Below, piece after piece: positions 19,990 through 29,904 of a stretch of DNA of 64,000 nt; positions within the stretch are counted from its first letter, which is position 1, and every line of letters begins with the position of its first letter. The stretch is from Candidatus Microgenomates bacterium (GTDB lineage: Bacteria > Patescibacteriota > Microgenomatia > UBA8517): assembly GCA_049519355.1 (NCBI GenBank), contig JBEKQV010000003.1:83646-147645 (forward strand). The letters are read 5' to 3'. A program made the position numbers and the translations under genes. The notes beneath the pieces are model-generated. The model saw only the letters and a program-made list of their open reading frames with translations, was not told the DNA's origin and did no database searches.

Positions 19990-21498
19990 TTAATTTCCAA
20001 ATATCTCCTCTGCAGCTTTAATTATATCTTTATCTTTTCCTTCAGTCAAAACAGTTTTCACTTCCGCCTCCACAATCACCTTTTTGGGAGGAGGATCGAT
20101 AAGCGTACAAACAACCTTAGTTGGAGATTGGAATACTTTTGCGACCACATCCTCCAGAACTTTTCTGTGATTGGCGTCCTCAAGACGTTCCTTATGAAAT
20201 TTATAATAAACACCTAAAGTCAAAACTTTTCCGTCAAAGGCCATGGGCCTTGCCGCCCTGAGAAGTGCTTCGATGGAGGCATTAATCGGCTTAACCAAAG
20301 CCAAAATATTCTTCCAGGCTTCGTCGTTTACGCTCCCGCCAGTCAGAAAATCGGCGGACTGTATATGTACTTCCTCAATTGAAGCGCTTTTACCCGGCTG
20401 ACCGCTGACCGCGCCGGCGTCAGGATGTGGGTTTTGTTCCGGACGAACTGACTCTCGCCGGTCTTCCTCTGCCTCACCACACCATTTTATAACTGCAATT
20501 TCCAGCGGCATTTCTTCAATCGGAGAGGTGGAAACTTCCTCTAATGCTCCCGAAAGAAGTTCAATTAAATCAATCAAGCTTTCTTTACTTAGCTGTCCCA
20601 GCTCATCAGTACCAATTCCAACTTTTGCCAAAAGCGCCACTCTTAGTTTTCGAAGCAATGCCTCAAGAAAGTTATCGATGGATACTCCTTTAACGCTCAA
20701 CTTTCCGATCTCTTCTATCAAACTTTTTGTGTCCTTTTTAATCAGAAGTCCGATAAATTTGTCCAGATCAAAAGCTTTTTTCTTAAAAAGAAATTCTTCA
20801 AGAAATTCTTTTGTGAGATCTTTTTCTTCAGCCACCAACTGCTCCAAAATTTTTATCCCGTCTCTGAACGAACCATCTGATGCTTCGGCAATAACATTAA
20901 GGGTGTCGGAATCTATCTTAATTTTTTCACCCGTTACAACTCTTTTAAGTGATCTAACGATTTCTTCGGAAGTTGCCTTTCGGAAAGGAATATAAGTAGT
21001 TCTTGAACGGATTGTTTCTATCAGTTTTTCGGGGTTAGTTGTGGCCAAAATAAAAATAACATGTTCCGGAGGCTCTTCTAAAGTTTTAAGAAGTGCATTA
21101 CTGGCCTCTGTGGTCAACATATGCGCCTCATCAATTATGTAAATTTTTTTCTTTGCGGAAACGGGGCTTAGTTTAACCGCATCCCTTAAAATCCTGACGT
21201 CATCGATACCTCTATGGCTTGCGGCATCCATTTCAATTACATCCAGATTATTGCCGTTTGTAGTCGAGGTACACTCCTTACATTTATCGCAAGGTGTACC
21301 GTCTTTGCCTAAGTTTTCGCAGTTAATTATTTTTGCCAAGATTCTGGCGGCCGAAGTTTTTCCCGTTCCCTTAGGCCCAGCAAAAAGAAAAGCGTGTGGA
21401 ATACTTTTCTTTGAAACTATTTTTTTGAGGGATTCGCCAACGTCGCTTAAATCGAGTTCATCCAAATTTTTCGGCCGGTATTTTAAATAAAGAGTCAT
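19990..21498 (-). CDS. dnaX: DNA polymerase III subunit gamma/tau
   Basis: LYLKYRP, GPKGTGKTS, EMDAAS, IIDEAHML, LLKTLEEPP. Confidence 0.97.
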   Translation of the reverse strand: MTLYLKYRPKNLDELDLSDVGESLKKIVSKKSIPHAFLFAGPKGTGKTSAARILAKIINCENLGKDGTPCDKCKECTSTTNGNNLDVIEMDAASHRGIDDVRILRDAVKLSPVSAKKKIYIIDEAHMLTTEASNALLKTLEEPPEHVIFILATTNPEKLIETIRSRTTYIPFRKATSEEIVRSLKRVVTGEKIKIDSDTLNVIAEASDGSFRDGIKILEQLVAEEKDLTKEFLEEFLFKKKAFDLDKFIGLLIKKDTKSLIEEIGKLSVKGVSIDNFLEALLRKLRVALLAKVGIGTDELGQLSKESLIDLIELLSGALEEVSTSPIEEMPLEIAVIKWCGEAEEDRRESVRPEQNPHPDAGAVSGQPGKSASIEEVHIQSADFLTGGSVNDEAWKNILALVKPINASIEALLRAARPMAFDGKVLTLGVYYKFHKERLEDANHRKVLEDVVAKVFQSPTKVVCTLIDPPPKKVIVEAEVKTVLTEGKDKDIIKAAEEIFGN

Positions 21499-21884
21499 TC
21501 TTCGTGATGAACGCCCATTAGGTGCAACGCCCCGTGTTCAATTAACTCGTAAATCCTTTCATTTATCAAAACATTTTCCTGTTGAGATTCTTTAACAGCC
21601 AGCGGATAGCAAACAATAATTTCTCCCAGATGAATTATCCCATCCGGCGGAAAAACAAAACTAGCTTTGGCCTCGTTTGGGACAAACGAGAGTACATTAT
21701 GAAGTTTTTTGTCCTTCAAATATTTTGCCCCGACTGCCATCATTTTTTTCTCTCCAATAATCGCCACAGAAACCTCGGCGTCGGAAACGATGCCGTTTTT
21801 AGCCAAGAATTCGGCTAATTTTTTCTTGACCGCCGGTATATTAACCGGGTAGTTAGACTGTTTGCTTACGGAGACTTTAATCAT
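21495..21884 (-). CDS. ybeY: Endoribonuclease YbeY
   Basis: NVLSF, LGEIIVC, HGALHLMGVHH metal-binding motif. Confidence 0.92.
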   Translation of the reverse strand: MIKVSVSKQSNYPVNIPAVKKKLAEFLAKNGIVSDAEVSVAIIGEKKMMAVGAKYLKDKKLHNVLSFVPNEAKASFVFPPDGIIHLGEIIVCYPLAVKESQQENVLINERIYELIEHGALHLMGVHHEE

Positions 21885-21901
21885 TTCTAAACACTCACTC
21901 C

Positions 21902-22339
21902 TTACGAAAGTTTTGCCTTTACCATTTCTGCAATTTTACCCCCATCCGCATTAGGTGCTTTGGCCTTAATAAAGCCAATAACTTTCCCCATATCGGCCAT
22001 AGATGTTGGATTAATTTGATGAACCGCTTCCTCGACAAGTTTGGTTAGTTCGGCTTCTCCCATTTCCGGCGGCAAATATTTGGCCAAAATTTCCAGTTCT
22101 TTCGCTTCTTTAGCGGCACGGTCGGGAGCTCCCGCTTTTTCATACATCTCAATTGCTTCTTTTCTTTTCTTCGCCTCGCGCCGAATTACAACCAGTTCTT
22201 CCTCGTTTGTTAGATCATGCTGCTTGTCAATCTTTTCATAATTAAATGCCGAAAGAAGAAGCCTTAAAGTTGAGGTACGAATTTCATCATGAGCTTTCAT
22301 CGACTCCCCAATTTTTGCCTGTAATGTTTGATAAATCAT
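21902..22339 (-). CDS. GatB/YqeY domain protein
   Basis: MKAHD..R..LR, KKRKEAIEMY, YLP, DMGKVIG, ADG. Confidence 0.92.
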   Translation of the reverse strand: MIYQTLQAKIGESMKAHDEIRTSTLRLLLSAFNYEKIDKQHDLTNEEELVVIRREAKKRKEAIEMYEKAGAPDRAAKEAKELEILAKYLPPEMGEAELTKLVEEAVHQINPTSMADMGKVIGFIKAKAPNADGGKIAEMVKAKLS

Positions 22340-22821
22340 ATGTTTAATCTTTTCGCCGTCTCTCTTATTTTAGCAGCTAATTTAACTAATTCTTTATCGT
22401 CTGCTCTTTCGGAGTCGTTTGATGGCAGATATCCGGGGTATTTTTCAAAAAAAGCTTTCATCTTGTTTCCGCTTTCAATTTTTTTCCATTCCTTCAGCTT
22501 CCCTATCCCGTGCATCGGAAAGAGTTTCGAGTGCAAATGATCAACTCCAAATCCTTCGTAAAACATTCCGGTTCTTCCTACATCATCAAAACTTGCATCA
22601 AGGAGCTTTCCTACTTTTTTTGTCGCAATGGTTAAATCAGCCAATGTTTTATCATCATTGTCAAACGCATATGAAGGTTTATGCTCTTTAGTCATAACTA
22701 CCGTAAATCCTGGAGTATTGGGAAAAATGCTTAGAATGGCGAGGTGTTTATCATCTTCCCAAATCTTGTACGCCGGTGCCTCTCCCTTAATTATTTTACA
22801 AAAAATACAATCTTCCATCAT
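22336..22821 (-). CDS. HIT family hydrolase
   Basis: DCIFCKII, FPNTPG, FGVDHLHSKLFP. Confidence 0.9.
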   Translation of the reverse strand: MMEDCIFCKIIKGEAPAYKIWEDDKHLAILSIFPNTPGFTVVMTKEHKPSYAFDNDDKTLADLTIATKKVGKLLDASFDDVGRTGMFYEGFGVDHLHSKLFPMHGIGKLKEWKKIESGNKMKAFFEKYPGYLPSNDSERADDKELVKLAAKIRETAKRLNI

Positions 22822-24050
22822 TTGCCAAGTTTTTTGATAACCTCATCGAAGCTCAAAAGTGCTGTTTTCTCCGAAGATCTTTCTTTCCACTCAATTTTGT
22901 CTCCATTCCGCTCCGATATCACCAATCTGACCGGAATTCCGATAAGGTCGGCGTCTCCAAACTTTTCCCCGGCTTGAATATTCCTGTCATCCCACAAAAC
23001 ACCAATCCCTTTTTCTTTTAGTTCGTTATAAATCTCTTCGGCACGTTTTGCCCCGGGGAGTTCAATCAGATGAACATCAAAAGGAGCAACCTGCGGATAC
23101 CAGATTATTCCTTTGTCGTCGTGGGAAACTTCAACCAAAGCTCCCATCACTCTGGTCGGCCCGATTCCGTAACTGGCAAACCAAACCGGTTTTTTGCCAC
23201 CGTCACGGTCGGTGAAGTAAACTCTCATTCTTTCGGCGTACCAAGTTCCAAGAGGGAAAATATTACCCACTTCGACGACTCCGGTTACTTTTTCAATTTT
23301 TCCTTTTTTGCACTTAGGGCAAATCTCTCCTTCCTTACCTTCAAAAATTTCTTTATTTACCGCGTAGTCGCATTTATTGCAGGCGTATATTGTATCTTCA
23401 CCATTCGCATTCAAAACCTGAAATTCGTGGGTATGCTTATCGGTAAATACTCCACCAGAAGCTTCAACAACTTTGAAATTAAATCCAAGCCGCGTAAATA
23501 TTTTTGAATAAGCGCCCTTTACTTTTTCGTAATAATCCATCATATCCGCCTCACTGACATGAGCCGAATAAAGATCCTTCATCATAAACTCCCTTCCTCT
23601 TAAAATCCCGCTCCTGGCCCGCGGCTCGTTTCTGAATTTTGTTGAGAAGTGGTACACGGCAACCGGCAAATCCTGGTAGCTTTTTATGTTCTTCCTAAGA
23701 AGATCCATCACAACCTCCTCGTGGGTAAATGAAAGTACGTACTCTTTTTTCCTACTGTCCGTCAGTTTATACATTATCTCATCGGCCTTATCCCAGCGGC
23801 CGGTTTCACTCCAAAGTTCTTTCGGATGAAGAAGAGGCATTAGCATTTCCTGACCTCCAACCGCGTTCATTTCTTCCCGGATTATTTGATTTATTTTAGT
23901 GACAACCCGAAATCCCAACGGAAGAAGTGTCCAGCTCCCGGACATTAGTTGGTCAACAAACCCTCCGCGCACAAGAAGTTTATGGTTAATACTCTCCGCA
24001 TCTTTTGGAGCTTCTTTTCTGGTTTTCGGAAAAAGAACTGATTGCCGCAT
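22818..24050 (-). CDS. proS: Proline--tRNA ligase (short form, no INS editing domain)
   Basis: HKLLVRGG, THEE, KFRNEPRARSGILRGREFMMKD, YGIGPTR. Confidence 0.96.
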   Translation of the reverse strand: MRQSVLFPKTRKEAPKDAESINHKLLVRGGFVDQLMSGSWTLLPLGFRVVTKINQIIREEMNAVGGQEMLMPLLHPKELWSETGRWDKADEIMYKLTDSRKKEYVLSFTHEEVVMDLLRKNIKSYQDLPVAVYHFSTKFRNEPRARSGILRGREFMMKDLYSAHVSEADMMDYYEKVKGAYSKIFTRLGFNFKVVEASGGVFTDKHTHEFQVLNANGEDTIYACNKCDYAVNKEIFEGKEGEICPKCKKGKIEKVTGVVEVGNIFPLGTWYAERMRVYFTDRDGGKKPVWFASYGIGPTRVMGALVEVSHDDKGIIWYPQVAPFDVHLIELPGAKRAEEIYNELKEKGIGVLWDDRNIQAGEKFGDADLIGIPVRLVISERNGDKIEWKERSSEKTALLSFDEVIKKLGK

Positions 24051-24078
24051 ATGAAGCTATTGTATCACCACTAATACC

Positions 24079-25197
24079 TCATTTCCCTATCGAATTAATA
24101 AATCCGTTAATACTGCCTGCAGAGATTAGATGCCTAACATCGCCAATCGTAATTAAAAGAAGAAGAGCCAAAAGAATTAGAAAACCGATATTATTAATCG
24201 TGGCTTCAACTTTCGGAACAATTTTTCTTCCGATAATTCCTTCGATTCCGATAAAAAGGAGCCTTCCGCCATCCAATGCAGGGAAAGGAACAATATTGAG
24301 AATTGCCAGATTCACCGAAAGAATTCCGACAAAATTAACTAAAGTTAAAATTCCGCTTTTTGCCGCCTCAGTAGTTACTGCAAAAATTCCAACCGGCCCC
24401 GAAACTCCTTGCGGGACTTGGCCTTTAACTAGACTCGTGATTATTCCCCAAAGTCCAAGAACTATCGTTTGTCCCCAGAAAATCGCGTCTTTAAATCCAT
24501 AGTAAATTCCATAAAACGGCCGTAGCCAAATTGGAGGATAATAAAGTTCCATTGTTGTAATTGTTACGCCAATTGGTCCTTCTCCAGGAGGCGGATTCTC
24601 CCTGGGAGTAAGCATCAGTTTAACCGCGGTTACCTGACCACCAACCATCCTTTGAACTTCAAAAATTGTACTTTTCCCTTTTAGCGCGGCAGTTTTGGCA
24701 ATGAAATCATCAGCAGACGTCACACTCACCGGCCCGACTTTGGTTATAACGTCACCAACAACAATACCGGCCACTTGTGCCGGAGAACCGGCGGAAACGT
24801 CCACCACTTTTATTTTCCCCGTATCGCGTGGAATTCCTGAAAATGAATAAACAATCGCAAATGCCAATATTCCTAAAATAAAGTTCATCACAACTCCGGC
24901 TGTCACTACCATAGACCTGATTTTTTTGCTCTTATTCATGAATGCCCTACCGGAGTTGGGATCGGACGCTCCTTCTTCTTCCTGCTCCCCATGAAGCCTG
25001 ACAAATCCTCCGAACGGTAGCCAATTGAGAGAATAAATAGTGTCGCCGATCTTTTTACCGACAATTCGGGGCGGAAGCCCAAAACCAAATTCCTCGACCA
25101 TAACTCCAGCACGCCGTGCAACCAAAAAGTGTCCCAGTTCATGAACCAAAACCAAAATTGAAAGAACCAAAATGAAAATCAATATTGAAACTATCAC
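24079..25197 (-). CDS. rseP: RIP metalloprotease RseP (M50 with PDZ)
   Basis: HELGH, PFGGFV, PDZ GSPA..AG, NIVPFPALDGG. Confidence 0.95.
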   Translation of the reverse strand: MIVSILIFILVLSILVLVHELGHFLVARRAGVMVEEFGFGLPPRIVGKKIGDTIYSLNWLPFGGFVRLHGEQEEEGASDPNSGRAFMNKSKKIRSMVVTAGVVMNFILGILAFAIVYSFSGIPRDTGKIKVVDVSAGSPAQVAGIVVGDVITKVGPVSVTSADDFIAKTAALKGKSTIFEVQRMVGGQVTAVKLMLTPRENPPPGEGPIGVTITTMELYYPPIWLRPFYGIYYGFKDAIFWGQTIVLGLWGIITSLVKGQVPQGVSGPVGIFAVTTEAAKSGILTLVNFVGILSVNLAILNIVPFPALDGGRLLFIGIEGIIGRKIVPKVEATINNIGFLILLALLLLITIGDVRHLISAGSINGFINSIGK

Positions 25198-25210
25198 AGT
25201 TAAGAGTATA

Positions 25211-25768
25211 TCAGATTTGAAGCAATTCCTGTTCCTTCTTTTTACCCATCTCTTCTATCTTTCCGACAAATTCATCGGTTATTTCCTGAAGTTTTTTCTC
25301 GTTTGAAAATTTTTCATCTTCGGTCATTTCTTTCTCTTCAAATTTTTTCTTAATTTCATGCATTTCATCGGCTCTTACCTGACGCATCATAACCTTGCCG
25401 TTTTCAAGTTTTCCCGAAAGAAGCTTCACATATTTTTCCCTATCTTCTGTTGTCAAAGGCGCCATCGTAATCCTTATTATTTCCCCGTCAATCGAAGGGT
25501 TCATGCCGATATTCGCTTCTTCTATTCCCTTCCTGATATCACCAATTATCGATTTATCATATGGATTAATAATAATTTGTGTAGGATCCGGCGCAGTAAT
25601 TGTTGCCAGCTCAACTACCTTTAATCTCTGTGTTCCGCCGTAAGCGGGACAGATTATGTTTTCGACTAGGGCCGGGGTCGCACGGCCGGTTCTAATTCCT
25701 GCAATATCGGAGGTCACAACGTCCAAAGTAGATTGCATTTTGGCTCTAATAGAAGATTCATCCATCAA
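25211..25768 (-). CDS. frr: Ribosome recycling factor
   Basis: IRTGRATP, PLTTEDR, KKKEQELL. Confidence 0.97.
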   Translation of the reverse strand: MMDESSIRAKMQSTLDVVTSDIAGIRTGRATPALVENIICPAYGGTQRLKVVELATITAPDPTQIIINPYDKSIIGDIRKGIEEANIGMNPSIDGEIIRITMAPLTTEDREKYVKLLSGKLENGKVMMRQVRADEMHEIKKKFEEKEMTEDEKFSNEKKLQEITDEFVGKIEEMGKKKEQELLQI

Positions 25769-26217
25769 TGACCTAATTCTACACGAAAAACCCGTCCTAT
25801 GCGAACGTTTTCTCCTGTTTTGGCTATGACTTCTTTAACCAAATCCGAAATCTTTTTGGAAGGGTCTTTTATGGATTCCTGATCCATTAATTTTTCCTCC
25901 CCCATGGAAGCTACTTGCATTGCAAGATCTTTTCCGAGAATTTCAAAAAGTTCGTTTTTGGCAACGAAATCCGTCTCGCAGAGAAGCTCAACTACCCCAA
26001 CCACCCGTCCGGTGTGATGTGCATAAACGAAGATTTTTCCTTGACCCGTTTCTCTCCCCTCACGTTTTGCGGCTTTTTCAAATCCTTCTTTTTTAAGAAT
26101 GCTCAGTGCTTTTTTCTCGTCTCCGCCAACTTCCTCCAGAACTTCCCTAATACGTATGATTGCAACACCGGTTTGTTCACGGAGTTTTTTAATTAAATTA
26201 ATATCAATTTTTGCCAT
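25765..26217 (-). CDS. tsf: Elongation factor Ts (short form)
   Basis: IKKLREQTG, VELLCETDFVA, GENVRIGR; start placed at MAKIDIN. Confidence 0.95.
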   Translation of the reverse strand: MAKIDINLIKKLREQTGVAIIRIREVLEEVGGDEKKALSILKKEGFEKAAKREGRETGQGKIFVYAHHTGRVVGVVELLCETDFVAKNELFEILGKDLAMQVASMGEEKLMDQESIKDPSKKISDLVKEVIAKTGENVRIGRVFRVELGH

Positions 26218-26239
26218 TTTAGGTCGATTCAAGCTCTGC

Positions 26240-26938
26240 TTATTTAGCCGACTTTTTCTTACCCTCCAGTATAGCTTCTTTAACCAAGCCAAGAACATAT
26301 TCAAGTGCTTTGCTGGCATCGTCATTCATAGGAATCGGATAATCAATAACATCGGGGTCGGAGTTGCTGTCAACAATTCCGATAACCGGAACTTTCTTCT
26401 CATTGGCCTCGTGAACCGCACCAGCTTCCCTTTTGGTATCAATCACAAAAAGAACGTCCGGAATATCGGTTAGTGTTTTTATTCCGCCAAAAAATCTCTC
26501 CAATCTTGCAATTTCCCTATCGATTAGAAGTCTTTCTTTCTTTGTATATTTGTTATAAACCCCCGAAGTCATGTTGACCTTCATTTCCTCCATTTTCTTG
26601 AGAGACTTTTTCATTTGGGAAAAGTTGGAGATTATTCCTCCCAACCATCTTTCGTTGATATAAGGAACTCCGGCTTCCAGCGCAACCTCGGCAACTTTAT
26701 CCTTGATCTGCTTTTTTGTTCCGAGAATCAAAACTGTTTTGCCCTCACGAATAGACTTGGTGATAAACTCCAACGCTTCCTCAAGGAGAGGTTTTGTCTT
26801 GGTTAAATCAAAAATATGAACTCCGTTTTCGGATCCAAAAAGATATTCCTCCATCTTGGGGTTCCAACGGCGGGTCTGATGTCCAAAATGGGCACCAGTT
26901 TCAAGTAGCGTATCCAGTGAAACGTTCGGCTTTGACAT
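26240..26938 (-). CDS. rpsB: 30S ribosomal protein S2
   Basis: GAHFGHQTRRWNPKM, RWLGG, DSNSDP, PMNDDA. Confidence 0.98.
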   Translation of the reverse strand: MSKPNVSLDTLLETGAHFGHQTRRWNPKMEEYLFGSENGVHIFDLTKTKPLLEEALEFITKSIREGKTVLILGTKKQIKDKVAEVALEAGVPYINERWLGGIISNFSQMKKSLKKMEEMKVNMTSGVYNKYTKKERLLIDREIARLERFFGGIKTLTDIPDVLFVIDTKREAGAVHEANEKKVPVIGIVDSNSDPDVIDYPIPMNDDASKALEYVLGLVKEAILEGKKKSAK

Positions 26939-26958
26939 TATCAATGTTGTTTCCTTTT

Positions 26959-27003
26959 GCCGCCGCAGATCGGAAGAATCCAGGAAACATGACCTGCGTG
27001 TGT
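26959..27003 (-). promoter_or_regulatory. rpsB (S2) leader RNA, preceded by an extended -10 (TGgTAAAAT)
   Basis: Minus strand ACACACGCAG...CTGCGGCGGC resembles the conserved CACAC...stem...GGNGGC S2 autoregulatory leader. Confidence 0.6.
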
Positions 27004-27021
27004 ATTGGTATTTTACCAGCC

Positions 27022-27528
27022 TTATTTCAAATTGGCAAGGGTTCTTTTATTAATCTCAATATTCTCCTCGGCAGCTTGAATTGCAGCAAAAGCCAAATGC
27101 TCCGCACTCATTGCATCCGAGTGGGCGTTGACATTCCCCAATTTAGCCGCAATCTCAGCCAGTTCCCTGACATTCTCACAAATCTCGGCAGTTTTTTGCG
27201 GAACCTCAATCGCCGTCAAAAGACCGGCCTTTATTTTTGCTTTGTTACCCATCTTATAGGCTTTCATTACCTCTTCAAAAGCACCCGAATCGCGGTCCGC
27301 AAGCTCGATAAGTTCGGCCCCGAGTTCGCTAGCCCTTTCGGCAATCCTAATCATCTCATCCTGAACGTGAGGATATTTTTTATTGCCAATCGTCAGATTG
27401 CAAACCATCTCGGTTAGCGATGCCGCCATAGCACCGACCACAGCCGCAACAGCTCCACCGCCGGGTGTGGGTGTTTTTGAGGAAACCTCATCCAAAAATT
27501 CTTCTATTTTTTGATCTTTAACTTTCAT
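27022..27528 (-). CDS. Formiminotetrahydrofolate cyclodeaminase (FTCD_C)
   Basis: PTPGGGAVAA, MVCNLT, DRDSGAF, EVP, NVNAHSD. Confidence 0.92.
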   Translation of the reverse strand: MKVKDQKIEEFLDEVSSKTPTPGGGAVAAVVGAMAASLTEMVCNLTIGNKKYPHVQDEMIRIAERASELGAELIELADRDSGAFEEVMKAYKMGNKAKIKAGLLTAIEVPQKTAEICENVRELAEIAAKLGNVNAHSDAMSAEHLAFAAIQAAEENIEINKRTLANLK

Positions 27529-28403
27529 TCGTATAACTTCTTTTCCAGGACCTGGTCAGATTTAAAAGTCTCCGCCTTAAATGTATTTTTTATTGCAGCA
27601 ACAAGAGATTCAAGCGGAATCATACCATATATTTCGGAGTTTTTGATCTTAACTCCCAGTTTTTCAGCTTCGGCCTCAACTGCGCGGTAAGCCGCGTCGA
27701 AGTTTGTCTTCTCATAATCGACCAAATTCATGGAAACCTGAGCCAACCCGTCCACTTCAAACCCTAAAGCCTTAGCTCCTGGTAAGCCCCCGTTTTTCTC
27801 ACGGATTATTCCTGCAATTTTTTTGGCAACTTCAACGTCAAGCGTTGAAAGATTTATATTGAAAGCAACTAAGTATTTTCTGGCACCGATTACCATCGCT
27901 CCGGCCGTGGCGTGCATTTTGTTGGGACCGAAATCCGGGTCCCTCATTTTTAATTTCAATCCTTCATATTCACCCTGCCTAACATCCGCCAAATTTCTGT
28001 ACTCAGGACGCGAGGCAGCTGCCTCATAAAGAAAAACAGGAATTTTAAGCTCCTCCCCGACTTTTCTTCCAAGCTTTTTGGACAACTCCACACATTCCTC
28101 CATTGAAACCCTGGAAACCGGAACAAAAGGAACAACATCAGTCGCTCCGATTCTGGGATGTTCTCCCTTATGTCTTTCCATATTGATAAGTTTTGTAGCA
28201 ACTTTTATAGATTCAAAAACTGAAGATAAAACTGCCTCCGGCTCCCCGACTATTGTAAATAGGCAACGATTGTGGTCTTTGTTGTATTCCAATTCAAAAA
28301 CCTTAACCGATTTGATAGTTTTAGCCGCATCAAAAATGGCATTAATGATTTTAAGGTCTTTCCCCTCGCTAAAGTTCGGCACGCACTCAACAATTTTCTG
28401 CAT
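27525..28403 (-). CDS. ftcD: Glutamate formiminotransferase / 5-formyl-THF cycloligase
   Basis: IVECVPNFSEG, DHNR, HKGEHPRIGATDVVPFVP, QVSMNL. Confidence 0.95.
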   Translation of the reverse strand: MQKIVECVPNFSEGKDLKIINAIFDAAKTIKSVKVFELEYNKDHNRCLFTIVGEPEAVLSSVFESIKVATKLINMERHKGEHPRIGATDVVPFVPVSRVSMEECVELSKKLGRKVGEELKIPVFLYEAAASRPEYRNLADVRQGEYEGLKLKMRDPDFGPNKMHATAGAMVIGARKYLVAFNINLSTLDVEVAKKIAGIIREKNGGLPGAKALGFEVDGLAQVSMNLVDYEKTNFDAAYRAVEAEAEKLGVKIKNSEIYGMIPLESLVAAIKNTFKAETFKSDQVLEKKLYE

Positions 28404-28427
28404 GGTCAAATTATATCTTAATCGGGC

Positions 28428-29087
28428 TTATCTTTGAAGCTTCTTTTCAAAAATATCTTCCAAAACCTTCGCTACAGACTCTGAAACAACTTCAGGAGCT
28501 GGTTCTCCATTTATCACAAACCACTGCAATCCTCCCCAACCACTCGCAGACATTTCCCTGTATCCAGCAACAAGCCTATCCATATACTCAGGAGTTTCTC
28601 TGTCAAACGGATCACCGTTCGTGTCTTTGCCGCGGCGCTTCATTGAAGTCTCCCTAGAAATATCCAAAAGTAGAATCGCGTCGGGTTTAAGCTCTCCCAT
28701 TACAATGTCAGCAATCCTCAGGATTCGTTTTTGGTCTCCTCCTTCCGCATATCCCTGATAAGCCCCGGTCGATGTATAGCATCTATCACCCAAGACGTGA
28801 ACACCACTTTTAATTTTCGGGGCAACTAAACCGTCTACCCAAAACTTCCTAGCAGTAAAAAACATAACCATCTGCCCCTCGGCACCAATCAATCCTTCAC
28901 CTTTTAGGGCAAATATAAGTTCTCGAATTTCTTCACTTGAACCGACACCCCCTGGTTCACGAGTCGACACTACCTGCAACCCATTTCTAACAAGAAGTTG
29001 TCTTGCTATTTCAATTTGAGTTCCTTTTCCACAACCACCAACCCCCTCAAAAACCACAAATTTTCCTCTTTCTCCTTCTTGAGTCAT
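28428..29087 (-). CDS. tmk: Thymidylate kinase
   Basis: FVVFEGVGGCGKGTQ, TREPGG, DRCYTSTGAYQG, PD..LLLDI. Confidence 0.93.
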   Translation of the reverse strand: MTQEGERGKFVVFEGVGGCGKGTQIEIARQLLVRNGLQVVSTREPGGVGSSEEIRELIFALKGEGLIGAEGQMVMFFTARKFWVDGLVAPKIKSGVHVLGDRCYTSTGAYQGYAEGGDQKRILRIADIVMGELKPDAILLLDISRETSMKRRGKDTNGDPFDRETPEYMDRLVAGYREMSASGWGGLQWFVINGEPAPEVVSESVAKVLEDIFEKKLQR

Positions 29088-29092
29088 ATTTT

Positions 29093-29677
29093 TTAGTTAA
29101 GTCTCATCCCGATTTCTCTCAAAATATTTTCAACGTTAGCTGCATTGTAAAAATTTCTTGTTTCCGTTCTAACAGTTACAAATTTCATTCCGGGATTTTC
29201 ATCAATATAAGTTAATACCTCACCGCGGACAGCCTTTTCTTTCGGAGAATTCCCCCCTTCATCAACTAAAATTCCCAGGTCAGCTTTCTTAACCGCGCCA
29301 ATTTCAACCATCGGATCAAAAACACCACGATAAAGTTCCAGGTCTCTTTGGCTTATTAGCCCAAGTTTCCGCTCCGCTTGCATCTCCAATAAATCCATCT
29401 CAAATGACATACCCAAGATCACACTCTTTCCGGAATATTTTTTAATACTTTCAACCTTGTCAACCAAAAGCTGTATATGGAATCTTAAACTACTTTCCGC
29501 CGGATCTCTCAAATAGTCTCCCCGATATGGATTTCTAATCGAATTATTATTTATTAAGTGGGCACCAAGTTTTCCTGAAAGAATCACGGGTAAAAAAGAC
29601 TTTTCAAATTCTGAAACACCGAAAAAACCGATAATTTTCGGTTCTTTTGCAAATCTTTCCTTTAATTCTGCCAACAT
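29093..29677 (-). CDS. Degenerate deoxynucleoside-kinase-like protein
   Basis: NPYRGDYLRDP..SLRFHIQLL resembles dNK NPYL..FY.DP; the P-loop is eroded (GVSEFEKS). Confidence 0.5.
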   Translation of the reverse strand: MLAELKERFAKEPKIIGFFGVSEFEKSFLPVILSGKLGAHLINNNSIRNPYRGDYLRDPAESSLRFHIQLLVDKVESIKKYSGKSVILGMSFEMDLLEMQAERKLGLISQRDLELYRGVFDPMVEIGAVKKADLGILVDEGGNSPKEKAVRGEVLTYIDENPGMKFVTVRTETRNFYNAANVENILREIGMRLN

Positions 29678-29679
29678 AA

Positions 29680-29901
29680 TTACATTGATAAAGTCCGCCC
29701 AGGGACAGGATCAGGAGGTCCTTGTCTTTCACTCAAAGGCTTATGTTCAAAATTCGCACATTGAAAAAGATCTCCGTCAACTCTTTCGAAATATACATCT
29801 TTACCGTGTACCGGACAATCTGCCCTCACATAATCATCTTGAATTCCCTTAATAATCTTTTGAAAAATTTCCAAACCGCGTCGGGCAGTTCTTTCCACCA
29901 C
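29680..29901 (-). CDS. Small putative zinc-ribbon protein
   Basis: CPVH...FQC...H; 2-3 nt spacing to both neighbours in the operon. Confidence 0.6.
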   Translation of the reverse strand: MVERTARRGLEIFQKIIKGIQDDYVRADCPVHGKDVYFERVDGDLFQCANFEHKPLSERQGPPDPVPGRTLSM

Positions 29902-29904
29902 GAC

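Noticed and set aside
26794-27417. 207-aa + strand ORF
   Set aside because: Antisense to rpsB, its leader and the cyclodeaminase gene; no recognisable domain
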